A stretch of 64,000 nucleotides of DNA from Phaeosaccion multiseriatum (GCA_965112735.1 OZ218960.1:682001-746000), one strand, 5' to 3'. Shown: positions 1 through 13,578, counted from the first letter of the stretch. The notes: generated from the sequence alone by a model not told the origin. Made by a program: numbers and translations.

Positions 1-812
1 GTAACAAGACGGATAGGTGAGGGAGTGGGGGGGGGGGTCACAAATGGCGTAGACATTTCCTTAATGCCTCTTGTGTTGCTCTACTGGGTTGGAGTGTATG
101 TGTGCTCCTTTTGTCTGCTTGCCTCTCCCCATACGCCAGCCTGCTGCCGGCGTGCCTGCATGCATGACCTCATTATCCCTCTCTGCTCTGTATCACCAAC
201 TTCTCTGTCTGACCTGTTGCCTTCTCTGTTTGCTCTGTTTGGTCCGGTCTGGTCTGGTCTGTATCACCAACTGCTCTGCTCAGATTTGAGATAATGCACG
301 AGCATGTGCATGAGTGGTGGATGTGGGGCCTCAAGGCTCTGAGAGAAGGCAAGCAGCAGCAGCAGCAGCAGCAGGAGGAGGAGGAGGAGGAGGGGAAACA
401 GCAGCAGCAGCAGCAGGAGGAGGAGGAGGAGGGGAAACGGCAGCAGCAGCAACAGCAGGAGGAGGAGGAGGAGGGGCAGGAGGGGAGGCAAGGTGCCGCT
501 GCTGAGGAACAGCGCATAGGGCATGCGACCGGGCAGGCAACTCCTTCAGAAGCTCCTGTCGAATCACCAACTGCTGCAGAGGGCACTGCTGCTGCTGAGG
601 GTCAAATTGGGAGCAAAGAGGGCGCCGTGCGGAGGGCATCACCGCAGTCACGGGCAGTTCTAGCAGATCCAGCAGTTGGTGATACAGCTGCACCAGAAGA
701 GGCACCAGGGGCGGCAGCAACAGCGAGACCAGCGACTCCGGAGCAAGCAGCGCCGCCAGAGTCCTCAGGGCTGGCGGTAGAGGCCGCAGCAGCAGCAGCA
801 GCAAGTTGGTGA
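1..812 (+). CDS. 3' end of an unidentified gene: exon ending at 16, intron 17-283, last exon 284-812 (..NKTDRFEIMHEHVHEWWMWGLKAL, then Q/E/A-rich tail)
   Basis: Donor AG|GTGAGG at 17 and acceptor CTCAG at 283; the splice restores the frame of ORF 294..812. Confidence 0.55.
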
Positions 813-1202
813 TCCAGCAGTAGCAGCAGCGAAGCAGCAGGAGCAGCAGGGCGTGCATCCGGAGGGCTGTGAGAGAGAGAGAAAGAGAGCAAAAGCACAC
901 GGGCTAGGAGGCTGCTAAAGAGCTAGCTTGTTACGTGTAGAGTAAGCGTAATAAACGGATGGCGAAGGTGTTTTTTTTTTTTTTTTCTCCTCAATGACCT
1001 CAATTACCACATTGAATTACCAGGCAGTTTTCAAATCACAGGTGGCGACGCTGGATTCGATTTGGATACGCCCCGTGTCAATCGATTTGTCGTCGATCTT
1101 CCCCGTGTCAAACACACATAGAGAGAGGAAGAGAGATCCTCCCGATAGAGAAGGGGGGGTTGTTCAGGAGTCGAAGGGCAAGAGCAGCAGAAGGGCAGCA
1201 AC

Positions 1203-2227
1203 ATGAGCTTGCTCTTTCGCAGCCTGCGCCAGCGGAAAGTGCCGCACCCTTTGTTGCTTTCATTCAAGTTGGGGAGGCTTAGTAGCAGCCAGACCAGCCG
1301 TATAAGCAGCATTGGCGTTGGTAACTCTTCTAGTCGAGGCTTATCCTCCACAGCTGCTGGTGCTGCTACCCCGCTGCACATTCAGGTGTTCGGGGCCAAT
1401 ACAGATGTGGGCAAGACCATCGTTAGTGGGGGGCTCTGCCGAGCGGCGATTGCTGAAGATATGCCGTGCCGGTATGTGTGTCTTTCCCATCTAATATTGT
1501 CATTGCACCCTCCCACGCTGAGGATTGCGCACCCACCGATCCTCTACCGATCCTGTGCTTCTCCCCTCTTGAGACCTTGAAGAGGGGACCTTGGCCGTCC
1601 AAGGGAGGCTAGTTCGGGCGAATGTGCTGGGAGCAGGCCTGGCCAACATGGATACGTATATGAATGACCCCGTCTCTTAGCGCTTGATCGCTCTCCTCAC
1701 GTGGTGCCCCCACCCTCCGTGTTGCCCCCTCCCCCACCCCCCTCCCTCACTCCCCTTGCACTCCGCAGATACATCAAGCCGGTGCAGACGGGCCTGGTGC
1801 ACGACGAGTCCTTCATGCAGCGCTACGTAAGTGCTTCGGACAGCAGCAGTCCGCTCTTGTCGTGCCACACCCTCTGGAGCTACGACCAGCCCGTGTCGCC
1901 GCACCTCGCCGCAGCAGAGGGCACAGGCCCCACCCGCCCGCCCACCGACTCGGCCATCGTGGAGGCCCTTCGAGAGCGCATCTTCAACGACGTACGTAGC
2001 ACTACGTATAGAGTTTCTTTGCTTGAGGGGGGTAGGGTGGGGGGGGGGGGGGGGGTAGAATGGTTTGGGCTCTTTTTCTTCCGTTTTGCTTTCTCGTCCT
2101 CGTGCCTAATGCCCGCCCCCTCCTCCCCCACAAAAGTCATACTTAGTACTTCTTAGGTGATTCCTATACGTCCAATACCCCACCCCCGACCCCCACCCTC
2201 TCCGCGCGCCCACCTCGCAGTCAGAAG

Positions 2228-2263
<36 letters not shown>

Positions 2264-3155
2264 GAGGAGGAGGAGGAGGAGGAGGAGGAGAGAAATCTCC
2301 CTTCCCCTCCCCCGCCTCCTCTGGTCCGAGCCTATCCCTGGTGGAGACGGCGGGGGGCGTGCTCAGCCCCTCCCCCTCCGGCAGCCTGCAAGCAGATCTC
2401 TACCGCCCCCTGCGCCTGCCTGTACTGCTGGTGGGGGATGGGAGGCTCGGTGGCATCGGCGCCACCCTCTCTGCCCTCGAGTCTCTACGCCTCCGAGGCT
2501 ACTCCGTCCTGGGGGTGGCCGTGATTGAGGACAACAACACTAGGGAAGGAGGAGGGGAGAAGGACGGAGGCTTGGGCGACACCAACGCCGCCTTCCTCCG
2601 TGAGCAGCTCAGCAAGTTGCACTCCACGGGTGGACAGGGCGCGGGTTCGATTCCGGTGTACTCCCTCCCACCCATCCCTGCCGACCCCAACGAGTCACTG
2701 GCGGAATGGTACGTGTCCCCCGGGGCCTCCGGAACGTTCCGCGCCATGCTGGCGGCGCTGGGGGAGCAGGCTCTGACTGCACAGAGTGAGGTGTTGGGCA
2801 GCGGGGCGAGAGGAGAGGCGTGCTTCTGGTGGCCCTTCACGCAGCATCGACAGGTATGTACGTAGTTATGTATGGGTTGTGTACGTAGTTACGTATGTTT
2901 GTAGTGTGCAGCGAAGATTAGTGCTTGCTTTCTTGCCGGTGTTTTTTTATTTCGACTGCCTATATGCCTGCCTGCCTATGTACGACCTCCCCTGTCCTGA
3001 CACCTTGCCTTGTGTCCTGACGTTTCCCCCCCTTCAGATCCAGGGCTCTGACGTCATGACGATCGACTCTGCCAGCGGGGACTACTTCGACACCTTCACA
3101 GAGAGGAGGGGCAGGCAAGTCATGTTCGACGCTTGTGCAAGCTGGTGGACACAGG

Positions 3156-3190
<35 letters not shown>

Positions 3191-5719
3191 GGGGGGAGGG
3201 TGGTGAGTTTCGGCTCGTCAGTGCGCGGGGAGGAAACAGAATCTCTCGACCCTTTGTCCCGTCCACTGCCATCCATTGCCATCCATTGCCACCAACCAAG
3301 TACCTGTGTCGTGGCTAACACACTCACGCGCGCACACACACGCATACACATACACACACACGCACACACACGCACACACACACATACACGTACACGTACA
3401 CACGCACACACACACGCACACACACACATACACACACACACTCACACACTCACACACACACAAAGGGGGTGGGCCATGGGGACTCCGGGCTGTCACTGGC
3501 GGTGGCCGCAGCGGCGGGCAGGTACGGGCACGTCATGTTCCCGGGCAATGTGCATGCCCCCGCCCTGGAGCTGTCGGAGGAGCTCGTCAAGGGGGTGGGG
3601 CGGGGCTGGGCCTCCAGAGTGTTCTTCTCGGACGATGGGAGTACGGCGGTGGAGGTGGCTATCAAGATGGGCATGCGGCGCTTCCTGCAGAGCCGGCAGG
3701 AGCAGGAGCAGGGAGGGAGGGGAGGGGGAGGGGGAGGGGCTGATGCTGACCAAAACTCGTCTCCTCGGGCGCTGGCGGTGGTGGCCCAGCAAGGCTGCTA
3801 CCACGGAGACACGCTTGGGGTGATGGACGTGGGAGAGCCGAGTGTGTATAACGAGGGGCAACACCCTTGGTATAAGGCAAGGGGGCTATTCCTGGCCACA
3901 CCCACCCTCGCCTGGAGGGAGGGTCACTTGACAGTACACTTGCCTGACGACTTCAGCGCTGCCGCTGTAGCCGTCCGAGGAGGAGAGGAGGGGGGGGGTG
4001 CATTTGAGTTCGAGTTTGAGTCTCTCGAGGCAGCGTTGGCGGACATGGAGGGGCGGGCCTCCTCTCCCCTCGCCTCTGTGTACCGTGCATATGTCAACAA
4101 GGCCATGGACGACTTCGAGTGTGACTCTTCCTCCCCCACCCTGGCGACTGTGCTGATCGAGCCCGTGCTGATGGGGGCTGGGGGGATGGTGCTCGTGGAT
4201 CCGCTCTTCCACCACGTGCTTGCCATGGAGTGCCGCAAGAGCAGGGGCCTGCCCGTCATCTACGACGAGGTGAGAGGTTCTATCGATGTTATCGATTTTG
4301 TATCGATGTAAATCGATTTTGTTTCGATGTTATATCGATGTCGATGTGTGATGTTGTGCATGACATCAATCCTTTGGGTGTTTCAGTTTCAGCTCAGGAC
4401 TAGTCGTTCAGAGCCCTTACGCGTGATAAGACAAACCCCACCACTTGCTAGGGAGGAGCGTCACCTTGCTATTGTATCTTTGGATGGATAGGCCTTGCTA
4501 TTGTGTGTTTGGTTGGTTTGGAGTAGGGTCAATTCAACCATCTGAAACGGCAGACGGTTATGGAAACTGAATTCTGAAACTGCCTCCAGGTGTTCTCTGG
4601 GCTGTGGCGTCTCGGAGTGGAGAGCGCTCGAGAACTCGTGGGGGTGGATCCGGACATCGCCTGCTACGCCAAGCTCCTCACCGGGGGGATTGTGCCCATG
4701 GCGGTTACACTGGCATCCGAAACAGTGTTCCAGGTGAGTAAGGAGGGAGGGAGGGAGGGAGGGAGGGAAGAGAGCGGCAACAAACAATGGTGGGTTTTTT
4801 ATCTGTTCTTCTCTGACATTGCGCGCACTGCTCTGTCGTCGTTCCTAGTGCTCTTGCTTCGCTGGCACTGCATCTTGTGGGGGTACACCTCATGTCTCTC
4901 TCGCTGTCCCGTTTATCTCTGTGTCTCTCCCTCGCTTTCCCTCTCCCTCCCTCCCTCCCTCCCTCCCCCACCCCCCTTCCTCCATCCCTCCCCCACCCCC
5001 CTTCCTCCATCCCTCCCTCGCTCCATCCCTCCCTCGCTCCAGGCCTTCGATGGCGAGGAGAAGGCGCAGGCTTTGTTGCACGGCCACTCCTACACGGCTC
5101 ACCCCATTGGATGCGCAGCCGCAGTGTATGCGTTACAGGCCTACAAGGAGGTGAGTTAGAGGCATACGGGACGAGGGGAGGGAGGGGCGTGCGAGAGATG
5201 GCGAGATTTAGATTAGAGGCCCTGCCCACACCATTCCTTACACCCGTTACTCTTCCTCCACTCCACAACTCACTACTGTCTCCTTCACCCCCAACCAAAC
5301 CACCCACACACGTGCCTATACTCCTCTAACCAACCCATATGCATCTAATCAACCCCCTCCCTCCTCAGACGGAGCACTACCAGGGTGCGGGTAAGCGTAT
5401 GACCCCCCTGTGGAACGACTCCGGAACGATCCGCGAAATGTCCAAGCTCCCCAACGTCAGCAGAGCCTTCTCCCTCGGCACTGTCATGGCGGTGGAGCTC
5501 AAGCAGACGGACGGAGGGGCGGGCGGGTACACCTCCTCTGCAGGGGCGGGGGTTATTGCTGCCCTGCGTGATGCCGGGGTGTACGCACGTCCACTCGGAA
5601 ACGTGGTGTACCTCATGGCGTCTCCGCTCACGTCTGCGGACGAGTGCGCGCGTCTGCTGGGGCTGCTGCATGACGCACTGAGCCAAGACGCAGCCGACAA
5701 GGCCGCCTCCTTGGAGTAA
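1203..5719 (+). CDS. BIO3-BIO1: Bifunctional dethiobiotin synthetase / 7,8-diaminopelargonic acid aminotransferase with a mitochondrial-type presequence; exons 1203-1471, 1769-1991, 2221-2853, 3038-3154, 3466-4269, 4590-4733, 5043-5150, 5369-5719
   Basis: DTBS motifs GANTDVGKT, YIKPVQTG, VETAGGVLSP, GDGRLGGI; DAPA-AT motifs WWPFTQH, DACASWW, SDDGSTAVEVA, YHGDT, DEVFSG, AKLLTGG, HGHSYTAH, RPLGNV. All introns are GT-AG and phase-compatible. Confidence 0.95.
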
Positions 5720-5856
5720 CGGCAGAGCGTTTCGTTTCATGGGGTCAAGGGCAGCAGCAGCAGTTGTTGGTGATATAGGAGGAGGCGCTTGTTGACGGTG
5801 CGGCAAGGGGTTTTTGTGGGGGACGGGGGCCAACTCGCGAGCGATGTGAGGCATCT

Positions 5857-5925
5857 GGGCTGACTGTAGCTGTTCTGTTGGGCTGACTGTAGCTGTTTTG
5901 TTGGGCTGACTGTAGCTGTTCTGTT
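5857..5925. repeat. Minisatellite, 23-bp unit x3 (GGGCTGACTGTAGCTGTTYTGTT)
   Basis: Direct tandem copies are visible. Confidence 0.85.
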
Positions 5926-6160
5926 CTCTGGCATGCTGCGTGCAGACTGAGACTGCGCTTCACTGTCGTACTGCAGGCACCACACCCCGCCCCCCCCCGT
6001 GACACGTGCAAGTGCTTTGAAAGGAGATTGATTGGCAATGACAAGCCAAATCAGAGGAAGGCCCGCAGCGAGAGCACACGGCATACATAGCATGCAGCGT
6101 ACGTACGCCTACGGTCAGAGGCCCGCCTCGCGTGTTGCTCCTCCCTCCCCCTCACGGCTG

Positions 6161-6199
<39 letters not shown>

Positions 6200-6780
6200 C
6201 CCCTCGCTCGCTCTGCTGACCTCTTCCCGAGTGAGGCGGGCCGAGTGGACTGACTCATGTTGCTCCACCTGCCCGCCTATCTTCCTGCCTGCCTGCCTAC
6301 CTGCCTTGCTCCTCGAGGAGAAGGGGAGGAACAGGCGAGGTCTGCGCGCTCCGACCTTTCTCTTTCTTCAGAGGAGTTGACAGCTGCTGCGAGTGGCTCT
6401 GGCTGCAGCAGCAGTAGCAGAGTGTGAATTGGAGGGTTTGAGCAGAACTTTTAATTTACGTGACTGTGATTACTGGCTCAAGCTGAAAAGCTCGATTTGA
6501 GTATGGGGCAGAAGGCGATGGAGCCAAGCCAGAACTCCATTTTCTCCCCTTGGACTAAACTTACTTATTTCAAAAGACTGCGAACGTGCGTCCCCCCGTC
6601 CCGTGAATAGGTGCTCAGAGCCTCTCTGGTTAGTACTCAGAGGCTGACGGAAGGAATCCATCCATCCATCCATCGACTGCCATCCATCCATCCATCCATC
6701 CAAAACACATCCCTGTCAGTGTGTCTGTGCATCCCCCACCCGTCCCTCCCTCCCTCCCTCCCTCCCTTGCGTACTCGGTA

Positions 6781-6935
6781 CGTCTGAAGCTCAGCATGAC
6801 CACCCTTGTGGGTTCACTAGTCGTGTACCTTACCAGCATGACCACCCTTGCTGGCTCACTGGCCGTATACCTTACCAGACGTATCCAAGGGTACAAGGCT
6901 AGTGAACCAAGGGTGGTCATGCTGATCTTCAGACG
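6781..6935. repeat. Fold-back element with ~37-bp terminal inverted repeats (MITE-like or hairpin RNA)
   Basis: CGTCTGAAGCTCAGCATGACCACCCTTG..GGTTCACTAG (6781-6820) is nearly the reverse complement of 6899-6935; an internal direct copy of CAGCATGACCACCCTTG lies at ~6834. Confidence 0.75.
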
Positions 6936-7847
6936 AACTGCGTAAGGTAGATGTACCACGTACTACTACACATTATATACATAGCTCCAGTCCTCGTTCC
7001 AGTCCTTGCTCCATCCGGGCCTCAGCGTTTTGGGACGCCTTGTTTTCATGCTTCACTGTTGTTAAGCCCGCTCTGACTGGAGTGATCAAGTGCCCCCAGT
7101 CCACCTCGCACGCCTCGGCAGAGCAATCCACCTCAACAGAGGTCGAACCTCCTGTTTCTTTTTTTTCACTTTGTTCTTGTGCCCTCGTCGTTGTTGGTCG
7201 CCCCTTTGTCATTTACCTCTTCCCATCTGAGGCCCCGCGTGCCCATCATTTTTCTCCGGGCGAGCAGACCTAAAAACAGAAGGAACCACAAGTAGTAGGC
7301 GGCGATCAAGCTGTACAGCCCTGACTTCCCAGGCACGATGGGAATCATCTTGTCCACCAGCCTTGGAAGAGCCCGTCTGTGCTTTCCTTCCTCCATCAGT
7401 TGATGATGGCTCTCTCTCTGTCTCGCAGACCTGACGGGTGTCTTGTGACTGTCCATGTGCGCTGAGAAGGGTAGGAGGGGAGGGGGGATTACATAATACA
7501 TTTGAGAAGCGAGTCGGCAACAAAAGTGGGGAGGCGGAGGGAATAAGACCCAGAGCATAACACAGCGGATAATACATACATAAAACGACTACTTACGAGA
7601 CAGAGAAGGTGAGTCCAGATGAGAAGAATCAGTGTCGAACGCGTTCCTAAAGGACAGTTTTTCTAATCTTCAACACAAAAAGAGCTGTTTTTGGTTTGGT
7701 AAGAAGCAGCCAAGCGTGTTGTTATCCTGAGAAGAGTCATGGATGGCACAGCCATTGTGTCTCTTCGATTATCTCTCTTCGATTATCTCTCTTCAGGAGG
7801 AAAGGTCCCCCTTTTATACACGCCTGATGGACTGAACTGATCGAAGG

Positions 7848-8365
7848 ATGACGGACGGTGGGAGTAAGGCCTTGCTGTCAGATCTTCTCGCCTGTCGTTC
7901 CGGCGAAGGGGTCGAAGAGTATGAGAACTTGTGCGAGCCCTTGATGGTGCAGCTGCGTACTGCAGGTATTAGCACAGCAGAGGACCTGCTCAAGCACACC
8001 AGCACGCAGCTCGTTGCCATGACCGACGTCCATCTCCATGTCGTGGATAGACTCGTAGACCAGGTGACTGCCGAGCTCTTTGTGTCTGACTTATTCCCTT
8101 CCCCCTTCAATCTCATGTCGCCCTCCTCTTCTTCTTGCTCTGTGCTACCCTCGTGTGCGTCCTCCTCACCTCACCCTTCGTACGCCACCTTCCCACCCTC
8201 TCTCTCCTCCCCTCCTACGCCTCAGCAGTGTACTCCACTCATATGACTTAAGAGTGTGCCTCCCTTTTCCGATCCTTTTCCCCTCTCCCACCCAACACAC
8301 GCACGCACACACACACGTCTGCTTTCTCTGTCTGTCTTCTCTCTCCATCTCGTTCCTTTCTTTCC

Positions 8366-8401
<36 letters not shown>

Positions 8402-9098
8402 CAGGTCTTACGGGCGCTACTCCCTCCCATGTGCTCAGGACTGGACCTCCACTTAGAGGCCCGGGAGGGCGGCACGAGCATCGCCACGGGGCTGAGTACA
8501 ATCGACCAGGCCATGCAGGGGGGTTTCCCGGCTGGCATGATCACGGAGCTCGTGGGCCCCAGTGGCATTGGCAAGACACAAGTGTGCTTGACGGCGGCCG
8601 TGGCCTGCTGCATGCCGCATGAGATGGGAGGGATGGGGGAGGACGCGGGCATCATCTACATTGACATAGGTAGGAAGGTGGATGGGTTGTCTTATAGGTG
8701 GGTAAGTAAGTAGGTAGATAGGTGGGTGGGAAGGTAGGTAGTGTTTGTACGTGGGCGTGCTTGTGTCCTGGTGGGCGCCCCTACGTTCCCCATTCTTCCG
8801 CCTCTGCGGGCTGCGTCCGTCTCACGTGCTCCCTTGCCATTTGTGCCTCCCTCCCTCCCTCCCTCCCTCCCTCCCTCCCTCCCTCCCCACCTGCCTGCCT
8901 GCCCCCCGCCCGGTGGCAGAGCGTAAGTTCTCCTCCGAGCGCCTGGTGGACATCGCCACACACCGCTGGCCCACCTACTACGGTATAGGGGAGGAGGCCA
9001 ACCTGGAGCGGCTCCTCGGACTCGTAACGGTGTACAGCGACATTCAGAGCCAAGCAGAGCTCAGGGACACCATGCGGTATGTTGTTGCGGTACCGTAT

Positions 9099-9138
<40 letters not shown>

Positions 9139-10520
9139 CAAGTATCCCTTCCATCCCCTGCCATCCCCGTCAGTGTCCCTCCCATCCACTGCCATCCCCG
9201 TCCAGTCCAGAGTCTTTCTCCAGGCGGGCGATGGTCTGTCTGTCAGTCAATCAGCCACTCAGTCGGTCAGTATGACCAGCCACAGTCTGACTCCCCCCCC
9301 CCTCCCCCACTCCCATCCACTGCCATCCCCCCCTTCTCTCCACCCTCAGGGCTCTACGGCCCCTGGTGCAAGACGGACGCAAGCGTCTCATCGTGCTCGA
9401 CTCCGTCGCCGCCCTCGCCAGCATGGCCAGCAGGGGAGGGATGGCAGTCGATGGGAGTGGGGGAGGGGGAGGGAGTGGGAGTGTCAGTGGGATGGGGTCT
9501 GTGGGTGTGCTTGTGGACCTCGCTGCCGAGCTCAAGTTGCTCGCAGGCACGCACAAGGCCGTCGTTTTGGTGACCAACCAGGTGGGGTCAGAGAGGTATA
9601 TGGGTAGAGAGAGAGGCAGGGGACTCAGGGGGAGGAGAGGACGGGGGGTTGCATCTCGGGCACTTGGCGTACCCGCTCCTGCTGGTGTATCACCAACTGC
9701 CGCGGCTGGCTCCTCTAACTGGGCCTACCCTCGGATTGAACCCCTCCCCCCCCCCCTCCTCTGTAGGTGATCAGCGCAAGCCGGGGAGGCGGGGTGGAGG
9801 GTATGTTCAGAGGAGAGGAGGGCTCTGCAGACCCCTCGGACACGTCGGGCAGCATCAGCAACGAGGGAGCTGCGCAGAGCAAGGTCAGGGCCGCGCTGGG
9901 CTCCACGTGGCATCACTGTGTGTCCAATCGGGTACGTAAGGGGTACGTAAGGGTTACGTGAGCCCTGACTAGTGCCAGCGATCGATGGATGGATCGGTGC
10001 GCCTCCAATTCCTTCCAGCCCACATTCACTGCCATCCCCCCCCCCCCCCCGCCGCCGCCGGAGAGAGAAACACACTGTCCTGTGCTTCGCACGACATGTG
10101 GCTGACGCGTTGCTCCTTTGCTCGCTCTTCTCTCATTGGGGAGCCTCGCCCCTTGATCTAAGCAATACACAGGGAGAGAACAAAAGAAAACTGACCCCCC
10201 CCCCTGAGCCTTCTTCTCACCAACTTGTCTCCTCATCCCGCCCGCTCTTCGGAATGATGTACCCTCCCTTCTCTCTGCATTTCTCTCTCTACCTGCCTTT
10301 GTCATCCCCTCCCCTCTCTCCTCCACCCCCCCCTACTCCCTCCCTCATCTCTCTCTCTCTCTCTCTCCCTTCCTCCCCCCGTTCCTCTCCCCAGCTGGTG
10401 CTACAGCAGCTGAGCTGTACCCGGGAGATGAAGATCACCAAGTCTCCAATGGCCCCCGAGCGGAAGTGCTACTACGAGATACAACAAGAGGGGCTTCATG
10501 AGGTGCGCGGGAAGGAGTAA
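7848..10520 (+). CDS. RAD51B: RAD51 paralog (RAD51B-like); exons 7848-8063, 8405-8669, 8920-9076, 9350-9581, 9767-9931, 10395-10520
   Basis: TGLSTIDQAMQGG, Walker A GPSGIGKT, YIDIERKFSSERL, Walker B LIVLDSVA, VLVTNQ, ALGSTWHHCVSNR, KITKSP. Assignment to paralog B is by motif similarity. Confidence 0.8.
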
Positions 10521-12386
10521 GGGAGGGCAGCAAGCCAAGCAGCAAGCAAGCAGCTCAGGGAGGAGGAGGAGGAGGAGGAGGAGGAGGAGGAGGAGGAGGA
10601 GGACGAGGAGGAGGAGGAGGAGGAGGAGGAGGAGGAGGAGGAGGAGGAGCGTCCTGCGAGGGGGGTAAGGGGACATGGAACGTCTTCATCATCATCACGA
10701 CAGAGTGCAACAGTGCGCTGCAGTTGGTGATACAGCAGCGGAGCAGTCAGTACCAAGTACCCAGTACCCAGGGCCAACCCTTTCTCTCGAATAGCGTCGC
10801 ACCACAGCACCCGCTGCTCGCCTCGGTGGCCTCAGCCCTCGGCCCTCACAGGAAGGGCGTGAGCGTCGGCCCGGCCCGCGTATACATGGGTGTCGAAGAT
10901 GGTGCTACGGGAAGCCGTCGTAGGCTCTCTGTGCGCTCTCCGGCGCTCAGTGCATGGGAGTGAGGCGGCAGGCGCCCCAAAAGAGGCAGAGGAGTGTCTC
11001 GTCGGTCGACAGGGCCATTCAAGCGCTGCGGACGGACCGGTGCACGGCTGTATCACCAACTGGTCCAGTGCGGTGCGGTGCGGTGCGGTGCGGTGCGGTG
11101 TGGCGTGCTGCATGTGGCAGGGCCCAAGCCAACCTCTCCCCTCGATACATGTCAAGGAGGGAAGGAGGGGTGGCGTTATCTTCAGGACACCTCCACACAC
11201 AACAGACACGACGATACTAACGACGGTGCTGAAGACAGTGAGTGGACCGTGGACAGGGCGGGGGTTGGGCAGTGGAGTGGGTGACGGTCCCGTGAAGTCA
11301 ACTTCAAAGCAGAGCACGTGTCAACTCTCATCAGCAGAGCGAATGTGCTTGACAGTGACAGGGCATGTCATGTGCTTGACAGGGCATGTCAGCTACGTTC
11401 TCCACTCCCACAGCCCGCTTGACCGTGGCGAGGGGGGGGGGCTTCGCCCTCATGCATGTTCAGTAGGAGTGGGCAGGAGGGGCATCGAACATCACCCCTG
11501 TCAGGAGGGGCATCGGACACCACCGCTGTCGCTCACTAAAGCTGCGGTGGGACTGTGGGTGGAAGTCCTGACGGTGTGGTGCTCTGCGACTCATTGAGAG
11601 CGCCTCATCGAGGGCAGCACACACATGCAGCAAGCGGAACATGTGAGAATGAAAGTGGGCCGGACGCGCGCGCGCACACACACACACAGACAAACTGTTG
11701 CTTGGCGACCGAATCCTCCCTTCCCTTGCCTTCCCTTCCCTTCCCTTCTCTTCATTGATGCATGCATGTACTTCGTAGTACGTCGCAAGTGGACCCCTTT
11801 TCAAGTTGTCCAAAGAATCATGGCAGGACAACGAACCAACTCGGCGTAGATATAATGGACCCAGTGAAGCAACTACGTCTGATTTAAACTCTCGTTCATC
11901 GTGGCCTCTCAAGTGAGCTTTCACTCTCACTGCCACTCTCTTTCTCTCTCTCTCCTGTCTCTCTATTTACAGAACCCCGACCCCCAACAAAACACAATAG
12001 CTCAAAAGGCTTCTCAGGCGCGTGTAGAGGGAGAGCCCGATGGTCCTATTCCTCTTGCCCGGGTGGTCTTGACCACCGCTAGTACCAGCAGGTATGCAGG
12101 TATACACACTGGCCGGCCCCTGTTTGTACCCCGCCCCCCATCGCTCCCCGCTGCCCGGAGTCTGGCTGCCTTCGACTCCTTCTTGTGCTTGCACCCACCG
12201 AGCTGCCGACTCGCCTCTGGGAGCATGCCTAATGATGGCTCAACGGATGATTCCTCCTTCTCTTCCAACGGAGCCCCACCGGCCTGGATCTATCCTCGCT
12301 CTTCCCTTCGGACCAGCAGGTACGCGTGCCACAGCAGCATACAGAAGCCAACAGTGAAGACGAAGAGGTTGCCCGTAGCTGCATGC

Positions 12387-13484
12387 CTATGTGGATGGCC
12401 AATGTACTGGGAAAACCTTAGTGCTACCCTTCCCCCCTCCACTACGTGCAGCTGTCTTACTTCTTCCTGTAGTGCTCATAAAACCAGTACCGGTACGGGG
12501 GGCGGCGCCCGAGTCTATTCGAGTGAATGCCCCTCTGTAAACGAAGTAGAACACTATGAATTCCCAGCCTAGACCAGACGTTCTGAAGGGTACTAGTGCA
12601 GCAGAGGGTCGCTGACGCACCCACGTACTCATCGGATCAACGAGGGTAATGAAAGTCATGAAGGAACCTCCAACCCAGACGTTGGATGTAGCACCCAGCA
12701 CGAGCTGGCACTGCGTCTTGACCTTGCGCAAATCTGGCCCTAGCTCGGGCATCGTCTTAAGCATGCCGAGCAGGCAGGTGGTGGCAACTAGAGTAGCCCC
12801 AACGAGTGCGCTCACAACGGGCAGCATAAGGGCACACATAGTCCAGAACGTGTAGTAGCCTGGGAAAACAATCAGTACCACGCAGGATGATGTCCCTGCG
12901 AAGGCCAAAGCAGCCAAGACTGCCCAGAACCGGCTCTCCACCCAGTTCCGGAGCCGAAGAACGGTTGGTGCGCGAGACAGAAGGCTCCGCGGTAAGGCAG
13001 CAAGCCACAAACGAAGAACCAGCCATGCATTTTCCATACCACACCACATAGAGGCACAAAGAAAGCACCAGGCCATGGCGTCGTCCAGCACCCCTGACCC
13101 ACTGTAAAACCTTCCAGTACTGATGAGTATGGCTGCCATGGAGTAGAGGATGCAAAGTATTGCTCCTATCAACCTGGTTTGCGCTGCACTAGTCTTCGTC
13201 TCCTGCAGCAGTGCCTTCACGCCTCCCCTACGCCGTACATGCCTGCCGAGGATGTACACCACATCGACCAAGTGGACAGCATGGATGAGTAGATGTACCA
13301 TCTCGGGAGTATCTAGGTACGCCTTGGCAACACAAGCACTGTCTCCCACAATGTTCTTGTCGTAATACCCATCCCCACAGTCGGAGCAAATCCCTGTAGC
13401 TTCGTCGCACACGCCTTCGCTCTGGCTCGTACGGCCGAAGGTCGCGGCCGCCTCGTCGCGGCACGCCAGCACGCACGCCGACAT
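12387..13484 (-). CDS. Cys-rich ectodomain + 7TM (GPCR-like) protein, copy 1 (365 aa from MSACV)
   Basis: N-terminal EGF-like GVCDEATGICSDCGDGYY..AC followed by seven hydrophobic segments; open ORF conserved in four copies. Confidence 0.75.
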   Translation of the reverse strand: MSACVLACRDEAAATFGRTSQSEGVCDEATGICSDCGDGYYDKNIVGDSACVAKAYLDTPEMVHLLIHAVHLVDVVYILGRHVRRRGGVKALLQETKTSAAQTRLIGAILCILYSMAAILISTGRFYSGSGVLDDAMAWCFLCASMWCGMENAWLVLRLWLAALPRSLLSRAPTVLRLRNWVESRFWAVLAALAFAGTSSCVVLIVFPGYYTFWTMCALMLPVVSALVGATLVATTCLLGMLKTMPELGPDLRKVKTQCQLVLGATSNVWVGGSFMTFITLVDPMSTWVRQRPSAALVPFRTSGLGWEFIVFYFVYRGAFTRIDSGAAPRTGTGFMSTTGRSKTAARSGGGKGSTKVFPVHWPST

Positions 13485-13528
13485 GTGTCTATGTTGGAGG
13501 GAATCCTGGAGGAGAAATGCGGTAGGAA

Positions 13529-13578
13529 AGATGGCGAGTTGGTGATACAACTTCCGAAACCGTTGGCCTACGCCATCT
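13529..13578. promoter_or_regulatory. Conserved 50-bp inverted-repeat element upstream of 7TM copy 1 (also 15796-15845, 21370-21419, 23628-23677)
   Basis: Outer arms AGATGGCG/CGCCATCT and inner hairpin AGTTG-GTGATA-CAACT. It is conserved in all four copies while the immediate flanks diverge. Function is inferred. Confidence 0.5.

Noticed and set aside
7166-7577. Possible small minus-strand membrane protein gene divergent from RAD51B
   Set aside because: Splice-like signals and one hydrophobic stretch exist, but no convincing gene model or homology.
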